A stretch of 64,000 bases of DNA, taken from NCBI GenBank assembly GCA_036172245.1, contig JAYWIR010000046.1:930001-994000 (forward strand), in the 5' to 3' direction. Below are positions 14,814 to 27,751 of the stretch, piece by piece. Positions within the stretch are counted from its first letter, which is position 1. Each line of letters begins with the position of its first letter. A program made the position numbers and the translations under genes. Source of the stretch: Raillietiella orientalis (taxonomy: Eukaryota). The notes beneath the pieces were generated by a model. It searched no databases, was not told the DNA's origin, and saw only the letters and a list, made by a program, of their open reading frames with translations.

Positions 14814-15597
14814 GTTTTACTTGGCATAAGTAATAAATCGTGAAACTCAAAATCATTTAAGATCACCACCTCGATTAGAAACTGCTGATGTGCTCACAGG
14901 AAAGTTTTAAGCTCTTCGTAAATGCATGTACATTATCGTAAGATATGCAAGGAAACTAACTTCTGCTTTCAGCGAATTATCGGTAGTTTTGTAAATTCAT
15001 ACTAGATATGCCACGTTTAAACAAACAGAAACATTTAAACAAAAAGGCACTTCTTAAAACACAGCCCTCTCCACCCCTTCTTCGAAAACACGTTCAATTT
15101 TACAATGGAAAAACCTTCCCTTTTGACATTCGTTTTTGTTGAAGAAGTAATTCACCCCCAAAACTTTCTTCACTTCAGACCATTGGCGGAAAGTGGTATC
15201 ATACTTAGGAAATGGAAACACCATAATGAACTTCCGTGTTTTCTTGAAAACTTTATTTCCATAATGAACATTTGTGAAATACCTCTCGGGTGAAAACAAT
15301 AAAATACATAGGCTCAAGGTATTTATAAATATACATTCTTCGGAATTTTACAGCTTACTGTACTTCGGACTGTCCACCGATTACTATAATTTATAAAAAC
15401 TTGATTGAAACACTGTGATACTTTGTTTTTATGTTTATTTATCAACCGTTTTCACTGATAAGTTCCAATCCTGCAAAATAAAATTGCGTAAGTGCTGAAA
15501 TCTTTGCTGTGACTATTGTTCCAGCCTTCCTGATTTTTTTTTTGAACGATTGCATCAATTAATAAATAATACCCATAGATGCAACAACAGTGAATAA

Positions 15598-18500
15598 TTA
15601 AAAAAAGAAATCTGGTCCTGCCATATCAATGGCCCACTGAAATTTTTCTCTTTGGGTTTTGTTATATACTTTTTCGATTGGAACTTCATGCTTCTTACAC
15701 CATGCAACAGTAATACGTGGATCCAAATAATTAAGCTTGGATGTACTCAATGCTATTTCTTTGTTTTCTTCCTTATCTGTTGCTTGTACCTCCAGTTTTA
15801 CCAACTGCTCCTGTAAACGTTCCAATGCCTTTTTCTTCTTTTCGGCAATAATTTTCTCTTTCTGCGAGCCTTTTGCAGCTTTCTTTGCACTTCGATATTG
15901 TTTTTCTGCTTCCTTGACTTGTTCACGTTTGTTTTCGATTTTAGTTTTGATGTTCTCCATAGAACGTGCGTGAGTTTTCGGCACAGACCGTTGGTGGTTA
16001 CATAAAATTGCTACTGCACGATTTGCACGATTATATGATAGAATTTTTTCTGCAACAGTTGATGATGGGTCGGTCAATTTTACTAACTGATCCTGGAGTG
16101 TGTAGGATGCATTATATGTGCGGAAGACTTTTGCTGTTAGCCCCTCCATGAGTTCATTAAGATACTTGTTGAGGCTAGCTGTGCTCAGTCGATCAAACAG
16201 ATCATCACCAGGCTGTTTATTCTCTAGGAATAACTGCAGATTCTTGAAGACACGTTTTTCAATGGGTACTTCATTGTAATAACGAATTGAGTCCTTGCCT
16301 AGGAAATCAAATACCACTACAAATTGACGACCATCCTTTTCTTCATGTAAACTAATGTGTTCTACACGCAATGAACAGCAACCCACTGTATCTGCTGTTT
16401 CCCCTTCTTCCTTCTCATTGCCTGCCCTTAATGCCAATTTGTCGATAAAATACAATGCAACAGCACGCTGACGCACTCTCATCTCCTTAGACTTCCAATC
16501 CTCTCGGTATTGAGCACGAATTGCCTCTACCGAACGATGCAGTCTACGTGCTACCTCATATTTACTCCAGTCTTTTTCACCTTTCAACTTAGATGCTGCA
16601 TTCAACATTATATACTTGGTTTGACCAGCAATATTTTCAGTCCATGATGCCAACCAAGTGACAGTATTATCGTGGCGTACTTCTTTCCATTTGTGACCTG
16701 CCGGGGGTTCTGGGATGGCTTTCCCTTTGCTGCAGTTAATAATGACATGTTCTGGATTAACACGCCTTTTCAGCATTCCTTGTTTAGGATGTTCGCCACG
16801 CCCTCGAAATAGTCCGGGAGGTTCAATTTTGAAATTACCAATCCGTTGTTTATGTCCATCAATAATGCAGTATCCATATTCATCAATAATCTTTTGGTTT
16901 TCCTCTTTAATTGCCTAAGAGAGAATGAGAAGGATGCAGTAAAGACTTCTAAAGACTATTACCTTCTTCTCTTCTTTGGTCATGTTTTTCTTTTCTTCTG
17001 TTTTTTGTTTAAAATACTCATGCATCTTTGAGAAGTCACATTTTTTTAAATCGGTAATTAATCTCTTCTCCTGGTCTGTCATGACTGAACGCCAGTCCTT
17101 GAAGAAATTCTTGTTGAAAATAGGCTTTGTTGTATATTCATGATCCAACATCTTGGCATAAAAGGTGGCCACCTCCTCTGTATCTTTGGACAACTCCACT
17201 TCTTTGCCTACACACATTTTGCCATGCTTCTCAAAAACATCACCTACCATCATACAAGAAGGGGACATTTTGGGGAAGTGGAATGTACTCTGGAGCAAAT
17301 ACTGGTCCCTTATGTTCCAAAGTTCTCCATTTGACTCCATCAGCCTGCTTCTGTTCTTCCCACCTGATAATTATTGAAATAACACAAGTGTATGGACAGA
17401 AGGATTAAAATATCCACCAAAATACATTAAGAATGTACAAAACTACATTTTGAAATCTATGAAACTGCTGATAATGCTACATTTACAAGATTCAGCATTT
17501 CTTTACAAAATTTCCACTACAATAAATTAACTCATTACAATTGTCTTACAAGTACTGAGGATTATTACAAATTACTTATACGATTTACCTGAAAAATTAG
17601 TAGTTCAGTTATGTATGCAAACTTACACCTCTACTACGTGAAAACTTTTCAATACATATATGGATGTGGGTAGTATTTCTCCCCTCCCTCCCTGCTATAA
17701 GACTTAATTTTTATAAAAGTTTTTTATATCAGATCTGGTTACGACTGATCTCGACACCTCCATAAAGTTATTCCAATACCGCAATACATTTAAGTACAAA
17801 AAAGATAAGCATATTTTATTTTTTTGGCTCAATATCGTGCTCTGACTTCACGTAAATTTAAAGAGGTCACAATGTTTACATTATCAACAACTCTGTTAAT
17901 TTTTGCATTTTCAAATATCTTATGATATCAACAAAATCTGCACAAGGAAACTCACACGATGGCTTGAAATGACCAGTTTAAACAACGTAATCTAATACTG
18001 CAACAGTGAGCAAACTTCTGAATACACACGCATAATGTGCAACATACGTATTTCGAGAAGACATACTGAATTTGAGGCTTTTGCATTTGAGCGTATACGC
18101 AACGCGTGCACACGGAAAACCTTACCATTTCCACACTTCCGCAGGTTCTTCTTCTTTCTTCTTCTTCTTACTGGGGGACGTTTCTTCTACTTTCACAGAA
18201 CTTTTGAGTGAATTCTTGCCGCTATTTTCATTTTTTTTCTGATTCTGCTAAATTTGAAAAGTGGATTTTAAGGTACAGCTTAGTGCAGTCTCAATTTGTA
18301 AAAAAAATTCGAAAACTTTTGTCACCTGTATATGCTCGTCCTCTTCCGAGTCAATCTTTCGTTTTTTAACGGTTTCCTTTTTGATTTTGTCCTCAAAATC
18401 ATTGTCCTTCTGCAAAGCACGCTTGCAACTATGGTATCCCTTAATGCAAAACACAATGCAATAAGTGTCATCAAATGAATTTTACAAGATTGTTCACTTA

Positions 18501-19783
18501 ATCCAAATTCCGAATCTGAATTTTTTAATTTTCATACATTTAAACAATCACTTAAATTAAAGAATTTTTAGTTTATAAGATTAACGTAGCTAGCAGAAGT
18601 CATTTCTGAAAAGGACAAAAAAATATATACATACATTCATTCACATTAAAAAATTACATGTAAATAAAAAGTTAAGGCCTTTCATGGGTTTCGTTCCTAA
18701 AATATCAAAACCCAATCAAAAAAAATCACACGAATGATGTAAATAAAATTTTCGATAACTGTACCTCATAAATCACATCTACATAACATACGCACTTACT
18801 TCATCTGCAGAGGATTCCGTTGGTTTCTTCTTAACAGGGATGAAATCACAATCTATATTGTGGTTCTCCTTTTCAGTCTAGATAATAATAAATCAATGTA
18901 GCATATTTGTTAAAATATTGCAATCATATGGCAAATTGAAAACCTAGTTCTACTTACTTTGATTCGCGGCACGTGCTTTGATTTGTCTTTATCTAATAAA
19001 AGGATGATTAAAAAGTTGCCAAATGGAATTTACTTTACCTTTATGTTTTATCTTTTTGCTATCATTTACTTTTGTTGTTTTCTCTTTGTTAAAGGTACTA
19101 ACACTTCTAGAAAAACACAATCCTTAAATTTCGAACATTAATATACATACACTTACTTCGCGTGTTTTATAGAACTATCTTGTTCAACCTGAGAATTGTG
19201 CTTACTGCTGTGCTTCATCTGAAAAGCACACGTACAGAACTGGTGCAAAAATCCAAAGTACTATTGGCATTCAAAATAATTATATATTTTTTTTAAAAAA
19301 AATTTCAAAAATTAGGATCCAGTACCTTAAACTTGGATTTTGGAATTTCGGTCAGAAAGGGAAGCTTTGATTCTGTAATACCATTACAAACTTTCGAAAC
19401 AACACCATCATTGTCTAAAAAAACACATACAGCACGTGAAACGTTAATTGAAATAATTAATTATTAAAATAGTGTTCTCAAATAATAATCATTGCATAAT
19501 GGAATAAATATAAAGTGGCATGCATGATATCTGATGATCATTTATAACACATTCAATTTTTCCTTATTGTAAATTCTGTCGTTGCTATTTCCTTCATGTT
19601 CAAATAGTAATCACAGAGAAACGTCAATAACTTACAAACATACAGACAGCGGTTCAATGGCATTGAGTTGAGTGACAAACTGTACATGTACTAGCGACTA
19701 AAATCTAAGTCCGAACAAAGGACTTAGTTTTTAGTCGCTAATGGTATTGGTTGTTTTTACACTTTTGTCTTACCTTGCTCCAT
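15598..19783 (-). CDS. TOP1: DNA topoisomerase I (type IB), spliced
   Basis: Core motifs [62 protein letters not shown] and catalytic [10 protein letters not shown]. Exons 15598-16914, 16963-17207, 17248-17363, 18126-18247, 18326-18409, plus small Lys-rich 5' exons. The start ATG GAG CAA G|gt at 19783 is inferred. Confidence 0.96.
19692..19740. repeat. 21-bp stem hairpin (1 mismatch, 7-nt loop) in TOP1 first coding intron
   Basis: TAGCGACTAAAATCTAAGTCC-GAACAAA-GGACTTAGTTTTTAGTCGCTA. Confidence 0.85.
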
Positions 19784-20377
19784 GCGATTTTCTAAGTATG
19801 TATTTTTAGAAGTCCTGAAAAAACAATAGAAACTTAAAATCACTCAGAATTCCATCAAAAAGATGCGAAAATATAAAATGATGAAACTTTACTAATGAAA
19901 AAAATAAATTACTGAGGTTATCTTATTCTCAGAATGTAAATTAACGATTGGAAACAAGATGAATGTTCCAAAAATTTAAGCAGTAATCACACTAAACGTA
20001 AAACAACATGATTACAAAATGTTCTCAAAACTGAAACGCACACAAAAGAAAGCAAACACCTATACGTCTATCTTGATGCGGTATGAGGTTACGCTAAGTG
20101 CAATTGAGCTATCTATGCGTCTGCGCAACACTTCGCTCTCATTAATGTCGATAAGCATGCTTACCGTCACAGTAACTTACGGTAGTTGAGCGAAAAGCGG
20201 TGACAGCTGGGAAGGAATCGGTAGCCATTTTTGGGACACATTACACAGAAAATTGGTACCTACATTTTATTAGCATGTATCTGTATTGATTTTTAAAACA
20301 GTTGGATGTAATGAGTTGCCTTGAAATAATATCGAATTAGTCGTAAGGTGTATTCATATTTTTTACAATCACACAAA
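19784..20377. promoter_or_regulatory. Putative bidirectional promoter between TOP1 and DDX28
   Basis: Head-to-head inferred start codons are about 600 bp apart, with a locally more CpG-rich stretch near 20060-20220. Confidence 0.55.
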
Positions 20378-21919
20378 ATGAACGTGGAACTTCCAAAAAT
20401 AACGGTTCCGGTTTATTTGAAAGCCGCCCTGAAGAAAATAAATAAAAAGTATGCGGCTAAAATTTCAATTCCGGAAAGAAGTCAAAGGAATAAAAAATTT
20501 CCTGTAATTGTTTGCAAAAATCCCCGCTTAAATCACCATTTAAGCCAAATGTACCCAAAGTTTGAGTCTGTGCCTTTGGCCTCAAAAGGATGGCAACACA
20601 AGAAATCAGCAGGAGACTATTTCATAATTCAAGCATTCAAAACCAATGAATTTCGCACATTTAATGGGGTTGGCTTCACAGACTTGGGTTTGAAACCTGA
20701 GATTAGCTGTGCTATTGAGGAACAAGGAATTAAGCAACCATCATTCATACAAACGAAAGCTATCCCCTCTCTACTCAAAGGATATAGTTCCATGGTGATA
20801 TCAGAAGCAGGAAGTGGAAAAACTCTCACATATTTGCTTCCTATGCTTCAAAAATTGGCAATGCACGAAAACTCCGCATCACAAACACCGAGAGCTTTAA
20901 TTGTGTGTCCTGGACGGGAACTTACCGTTCAAATTGCAAATGTGTTATCTCCAATAGCAACGAAACTGGATATAAGTTTGCAGGTTCTTAACAGTAATTG
21001 TGATCATTCTAATCTGTGTTCAGCAGATGTCTTAGTAGCTTGTATAGGCACTTTGCTTAAGATGTTACAATATAAACTGTATGATATAAGTAATATCAAG
21101 TATCTTGTATTGGATGAGGCAGATACACTGTTGGATGATACTTTCTGGAGAAAAGTGAAGCATTTCCTATGCAAATTACCTCTGCATGCAAATGTAGATG
21201 GTGCACAAGGTTGTCAGCTGGTGTTAGTGACAGCTTTAATTCCCGACCTTTGGAAGGAAAGACTGCTGGAAGTCATGGATGTGAGTACAGAATAACTCCA
21301 GTAATCAACTAATTGTATGTAGGCAAACAGTATGCAGTTGATTATGCCACACCAACCACATACTCCACCTTACCATACTCCCCAACATTTTTTGAGAGTG
21401 AAACCAAGCCAGAAGTCTAGCATACTACTGGACTTAGTGCAAGAAAATGTCAAACACAATCAATCAGTTCTAATATTCAGCAACAAAGCAACCACCTGTG
21501 ACTGGCTATCTATGCATTTAAATGAACATGGAGTGTCTTGTGTCAACCTACATGGCCATATGCCATGGGGATTGCGAGATAAACGATTCAGTCATTTCCA
21601 AAACCAGGATATTTCTGTACTGTCTTGTACTGATGTTGTATCTCGTGGTTTAGACACAACTGTTGTGGACCATGTCATAAACTATGAATTTCCTAAGTTT
21701 GTATCAGATTATCTGCATCGTGCTGGTAGGGCAAACAGGCTAGGAAGCAGCCATGCAGCTAAAATCACTAATCTTGTATCCCAGCCTTGGGAAGTAGAAT
21801 TAGTGCAGTCCATGGAATTGTGCATACGCAAAGGCACAGACTTTGTAGATGTAAACCCTAATATTTGCAAGTACTATGAGCAAAGGAAATTATTGTCAAA
21901 TGAAAACAATGCAACTTGA
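20378..21919 (+). CDS. DDX28: Mitochondrial DEAD-box RNA helicase DDX28-like
   Basis: N-terminal [19 protein letters not shown] typical of DDX28, Q motif, [25 protein letters not shown]. One 42-nt intron at 21281-21322. The true start may lie in an upstream exon. Confidence 0.88.
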
Positions 21920-21953
21920 TAACAATATATATGTGTATATTTCTGGAGAGCAT

Positions 21954-23313
21954 TTAGGCATTCTTGGCACGTGCAGCTGCCCGCTTTCCAGTAACTGCCT
22001 ACAAGAATATCATGATTATTTATGATCAGAGAAAACATTCCCATGCATCTAACCTGGTAGCCAGATTTGATGCTGGCAACAGAGCAGCGAGAGTTGCATG
22101 TCTCACATTGCAAAAAAAATAACCGTGTATCTTTTGACAAGATGGTATCAGGGCTGCGACAAGTGTGACACGTAACATATTCCTTAATATATCGCCTCAA
22201 CACATTCTCAATTTGTTTTTGCTGGAAACGGCCTTTAATGATGAGCTGATTATTGCCATCCACAGAACCACTGGTACCCAGTTCAGCCAACAAAAACTGC
22301 AGTAAATGTTTGGGTTGTCGATGTAACCTAGTAGAAATACCTTAGCTACTATCTACAGCACCTTTCATTTTGTACATTTTGCATATCTCTGGAAAATTGG
22401 CAAACGATGTTTTTTTAGTGCCAACACGCACCACTTGTGGTGGCTTCATCACAAATTTTCTCTTTTCACCTGCTACCAAATCTGGATTCTTTTCTTTCAT
22501 AATGTTAAATACACGACTCAGCAATTCTTCATAAGTATAATCACGGTCACTTTCTCCCCAACCAATTCGGCTGCTATCATCTCTGTCATCTGACTACACT
22601 ATCTATCTCAATCTCAAACATGGAAATTTACCTAATTTTTCTTCTTTATTTACATTTTCTTCTTTAGCCATCAACTGTTCAATGTCTTTTCGTTTCTTTT
22701 TTTTTTTTTTTGCAGTGCTAAAATCCAAAGTCAGTTCCATGTCTTCAGTAAGTTTATCAATTTCATCATCTTCCTCTTTATCTGCTTCTCCCAAAGCAGA
22801 ACGAACCTCTTCGTGGATTACAGCTTTCTTTTTCTTTTTCTTTTTCCCGAAGCTTTCAAAATCCAGAAGGGTATCTAAAATAAAGGGAGGAAAAAACACA
22901 CACAAATACACATCACATCTCGCTTTCTCGTCTTTATAACAAAGTACCTTCAATGTTTTCGTCAACTTTTCCTGCTTTTTCATCACCACTGCCTTCTTTA
23001 TGGGATACTTCATTGTTTAACTGATCAGAAATAGAAGCTTCTATTTTTTCAAAGTCGAATTGTGACTTCTTTTTCTTCTTCTTTTTGGTTGAAAGATCAA
23101 ACATCTACAAAATGAACAACTGTTGATAGCCTGCTTTAACCCAAAATTTGCAAAAATACTAAGTTACAACATAGAAGAATTATGCTGAAATTTTTAGCAT
23201 TGGAAACAATGAAACCGTAATTCTTTTGTGGTTTCAGAGTTAAATATTCATAAACATAAATTATGGCACAAAAATAATATACGCACCATTTTTTCTTCTA
23301 ATAGATCTTCCAT
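21954..23313 (-). CDS. EIF2S2: Eukaryotic translation initiation factor 2 subunit beta
   Basis: Three poly-Lys boxes, [43 protein letters not shown] and the C4 zinc ribbon [12 protein letters not shown]...LQCETC. Last exon 21954-21998 ([14 protein letters not shown]); first exon 23287-23313. Confidence 0.95.
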
Positions 23314-26300
23314 GCTTCAAAAATAGAATATTGTAACGTGAGAAACTCCAATATTAAGGCTTTAGCATATCTGCTGTAACTTGAAAATAGTATTAACACT
23401 TATTTTAACTGCAAATTCCGACGAACAATATTTTCTTAACTACTGCATTATTAAATAAATTTAAGCATGAATTTAAATATATCAAAAAATACGAATCAAG
23501 CTGCTTCAAGAAAGGTTAATTGCAACTGCAGTTTGATCCACACGTTTCCTAGGATGAAGAAAACTTCACTAAGTAGGTGCTTCTTCACCTTGCATATATT
23601 TCAACAAAACTTCACTCAGTGAAGAAAACAGTATAAATCTTAAATAAATATACACATACTTCGAAAAAGAAAACCATTCACGGGACGCAGTTTTAATATT
23701 TGATATGGGAATCGGAATAGTATAACAATATGCAAACGACTACTTCACGCATGCTGCAGTTTCATCTGTAAAGTTAGTATTTAACATACTTATTTTGTTC
23801 ACTCAAGAAAATTTTCCTAAATAAAAAGCTATCATATTATAGAAGACTATCACAGTTTAAAGTTAATTTGAAATGCACTATTTTTTATATCACGATAGAA
23901 TTTTATCCAACTTGAATATTTGAATGTCTTTACCTACGAACCCTTTTTGTTTACTGTGCGTATATATTTAAAAGATAATAGCAAATAATTTAATATTTCC
24001 TCCTATTATTGTTTTATTCTAGTGCTTAAGTATTCTTGAGTATACCGTATTTACAACAGGTCATGTAGAATAATTACAACAGAATTTTGAGTCCAGTTGG
24101 ATTTTTCAATATTAGAAAATATTTGTAAAAATACTGAATTGTAACTATATTCTGAAGTAGAAAGGCGGCATAAAATATCATCAGGATAAAATGTTCTCAA
24201 ATAATATAGTGAAAGTTAAATAATCATCTTTTCGGTACTATTACTTGGGCAGATGAAAAATCAGAAAAAACAAAAGTCTCATCACTGATTAGAAAGCTTT
24301 AGAAATAGTTTCGAAATTATTGCAAGCAACTTCTTTCGTCTAGATACTGATCAAAAGATCTACATGTTCCTTGTATAACTGCAGTTCAATTTGGGAACTA
24401 CGAAACAAATTTCTTTGTGGAGCTCCCTTTTTCAATGTGAGAATCAATTTGGATCCAAAATCTGATGAAGTTTTTTAGTGAACAAGCACTCAAGCATTCA
24501 AAATAATCTATTAAAGTGGCATTCTCAGCATTTTTCACCTCAATAGCTTTTAGAGTGCCATTAATTCATAATTAATACTTGGTTTGGGGATGAGAGACTC
24601 TTATTCCAGTGTTATAGTAACAAAAGCACCATATCGCATTGTTTGTCAAACTGGTTTTATTGTTATTTGAATTTTAAGCATACAAGAAAAAGCAGATTTA
24701 TTTTAGATTTGATCAATTTTGATTAAGCAGATTGGATTTACATCAGTTTCGAATTACATATCAATCCTATGGGCGTGACACCTCTGTCACTCCCATAGGA
24801 TTTACTTCTAGTATGCCTGGTAAAAAAAAAACTTTTCGTGAATAATATGAAAAAGAATAAAAATTTCCATTTTAAGGGTTGAAGAATCCACGGAGAAAGA
24901 TTCTTTTTATTTTTCATCCTCGTTTTATTCAAAAAGAAGACCATTTTCAAATACACATATAATGACAACATTACCTTTTACTATCAAAAGTGCAACTTTT
25001 TGCCGGTTTATTTGTAAGGTTTGCGACTACTGAACTTTTGAATATCAAGTTTCTCAGAAAGCCATCCAATTGGGACAAGAATCTTTTTAACAAGTGAACA
25101 AGAAAACTTTCAAGTTGATACATTAGGAGTTTCGATACCTCACAAAGGACAACATGTGATCTGTTCTCTAATATTCATTATAAACTTTATGGAAGAGTAA
25201 AAACAGGTAGACAAATTGATTTGTATTAGACGCTAAATAGGCGGAAATGCTTTCTACTCTGTGAATAACACTAATTTGCGGTAATCTCGAAACCTTCGAT
25301 AAAGTCGAACTGTCCATGTAAGAGAATTTCTTAACAAATTGTACAAACAAAGTATGCCAGCACAAAATAAATAAAACAAACAAAACAAATTAAAATAAAA
25401 TTTCTTCATTTGATGAATGATTTAATAGATAAACACAATCGTTTGATGATGTATTTTAGAAATTGAGAAATCAAGAAAAAGTGCATTGCACCATAAACTA
25501 AAACTAAAACCAAGGAATTATGATGATACAAACTGTTATTTACAGTGCCACATTTGATAGCATTTTATATTTCTCCATTCAAATAGTTGCCAAGTTTTAG
25601 GTTTTTAAAAAGTATACATGTCAAAGAGTTTGTATTCTTTTTGTTTGGATGCTGTTCCTTGGATGGAACAATATAATAGAATTTAGGTAGTATTGCAAGG
25701 TGAAGAATGTCAACGAAGATTAAACCATCCTTAGAATAGGATTAAGTTTAGTCTATAGTAAGGCAATTTAATCAAGAATGCCTTGATTTAGAGTAAATAG
25801 CGGCGATTGTTTACTCAAGATTAGGAAGCAAAATTATACTGGGGAAATGAGTTGATGAAAACTTGTCAATCCGATAGAAGACTGAAAGTCATCGATAGCA
25901 TCGATTTGTAGTGGATACAAATGATCCACAAAGATCTTAAAAGAAATTTCAAAACTCAAAATACATACGGTTAGAAACGAGGAATTGTTACAAACTTGCT
26001 GTAAAAGTTATAGTTATAACTTATTTGAAAATCTTTATAAGGCGTCTTAAATAATGATCAGTATTTTTGGAAATAGCTTATGTTCTCTTTAATAAGAAAG
26101 ACAACAGAAGTCAGAATACCCTTTCCTTTTAAACGTTTGTGAAGAGCTTTGGTGTTTCAAGGTGGAATTGTAAGAAGAGGTGTAACTGTGAGGCGCGGAC
26201 TAGTGAATCATGTTTTAGAAAGTAAATCTGTAATTTGCTTTTCATAATTACATCATAATTTAAGCTCCTTGAAATACATAACTTAGCTATATAGTTTAAA

Positions 26301-27751
26301 GATTTATTTAAGACCGTATCTTCCTTGTGATCTGTTTCCTATATTTTGGATTCTGATTAGAACAAAGTTGTTTATACATTGGAACTAAAGATTTCCTCAT
26401 TCTAAAAAGCTTTGGAACCTGCGTATTTAATTTTGGTATGATTCAGTTTATTATTTTATTGACCTCAGTAATGAGATGATGAAAATAATACTAGGAAGCT
26501 GAAAAGAAGAAAGGCTTATCATTTTACATTAGAACAAATATTTATTTAAAGTGGTCATGTCAACAACACATGCAAATGTTTTTTGACGATTGTATGTTAT
26601 TTTATCCCCGAAGATTATTGATGAAATGAGATGAAAATTATGTTAGCAAAAGGAAGTTAGTTCATGCTTTTAGTTTATTATCAATTTTGCGAATAACATT
26701 CTTATTTAGACGCTCACTAAATAATGTGCACACATAAATAGTGAGCGAATGATGTATGCAATTCACAGCATACATGCTGTGAGCTGCCACTATACTACAA
26801 ATTGTTTTTTTTTTAATCACATTGATCGGTATATTTACAGTTGTGGCATATTTCATGAGGAATTAATTCTTATTTCAGGATTCTTGTTTCCCGAGTTTTG
26901 AATATTATTTTTTCTGAAGATTTCCAATAATTGGAACTTATAAACGTTCCGTTTATTAAATAATGCTTTTTAAACTAAATGATTATGAGGAGAAAATGAA
27001 ATGCTTCAGTTTCCACTACACAAGTCTAGGCAGAATTTATCTTATGATTTAAAAACTTATTTTGCTCAGTTTAAGCAACTGTCATTTATAATGACCATCC
27101 TAACCTAAAATTATTTTAAAGCCATTATATTCACAAAAAAAATTTAAAGAATAACATTTGAACGTTCTTTGTCTGTTTCGTAGCATCGTTTTTTAAAAGT
27201 ATTTTAGTATTTACTTCCGATGATTTTCGTAATAATTCTTTTTATAATTTATTCGGAAAACTGTAGCTGTGATAGAAAACTTGACAATTCTGTTATTCGT
27301 GGGCGATGATCTATGTTATGCGATTTGATCTATGTTTAAAAAAAATTTTTTGGAATGACTGAACTGATTCGTTAAGTTAGTAATTGCAGACCTTTTCAAG
27401 TTTTTTTCGACGATAGCAATGTTTGAAAACTGGGTGTTTAATTTTTCCAATATTTAGGAATTTATTAAGACTTATTTTCGGATTAGTAAGTATTTAATGA
27501 TTTAGTGCATATCTTTTAGTAGATCTTGTTCTTCAGTATGGTAAAAATGAGATATATGTAAGTTGAATGAATTTCAAACATTGTAAAAAATGACTTCTTA
27601 AGATTAAGTGTTATTAAGACTTTTGCATTATTCTATTTTTCAAAGCGAGTATTTCAGATCAGTATTGCATCACTTGAAATGTCTATTATTACTTGTTATA
27701 AGTAAATACAAATGAGATTGAAAGTTAATTGTATTATTAAAAGGTGAAAAA

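Noticed and set aside
8600..15320. Additional gene between SLC35C2 and TOP1
   Set aside because: Short ORFs (e.g. 9232-9555, 10735-11142, 15054-15317) give no recognisable domain or consistent splice chain; probably decayed repeats.
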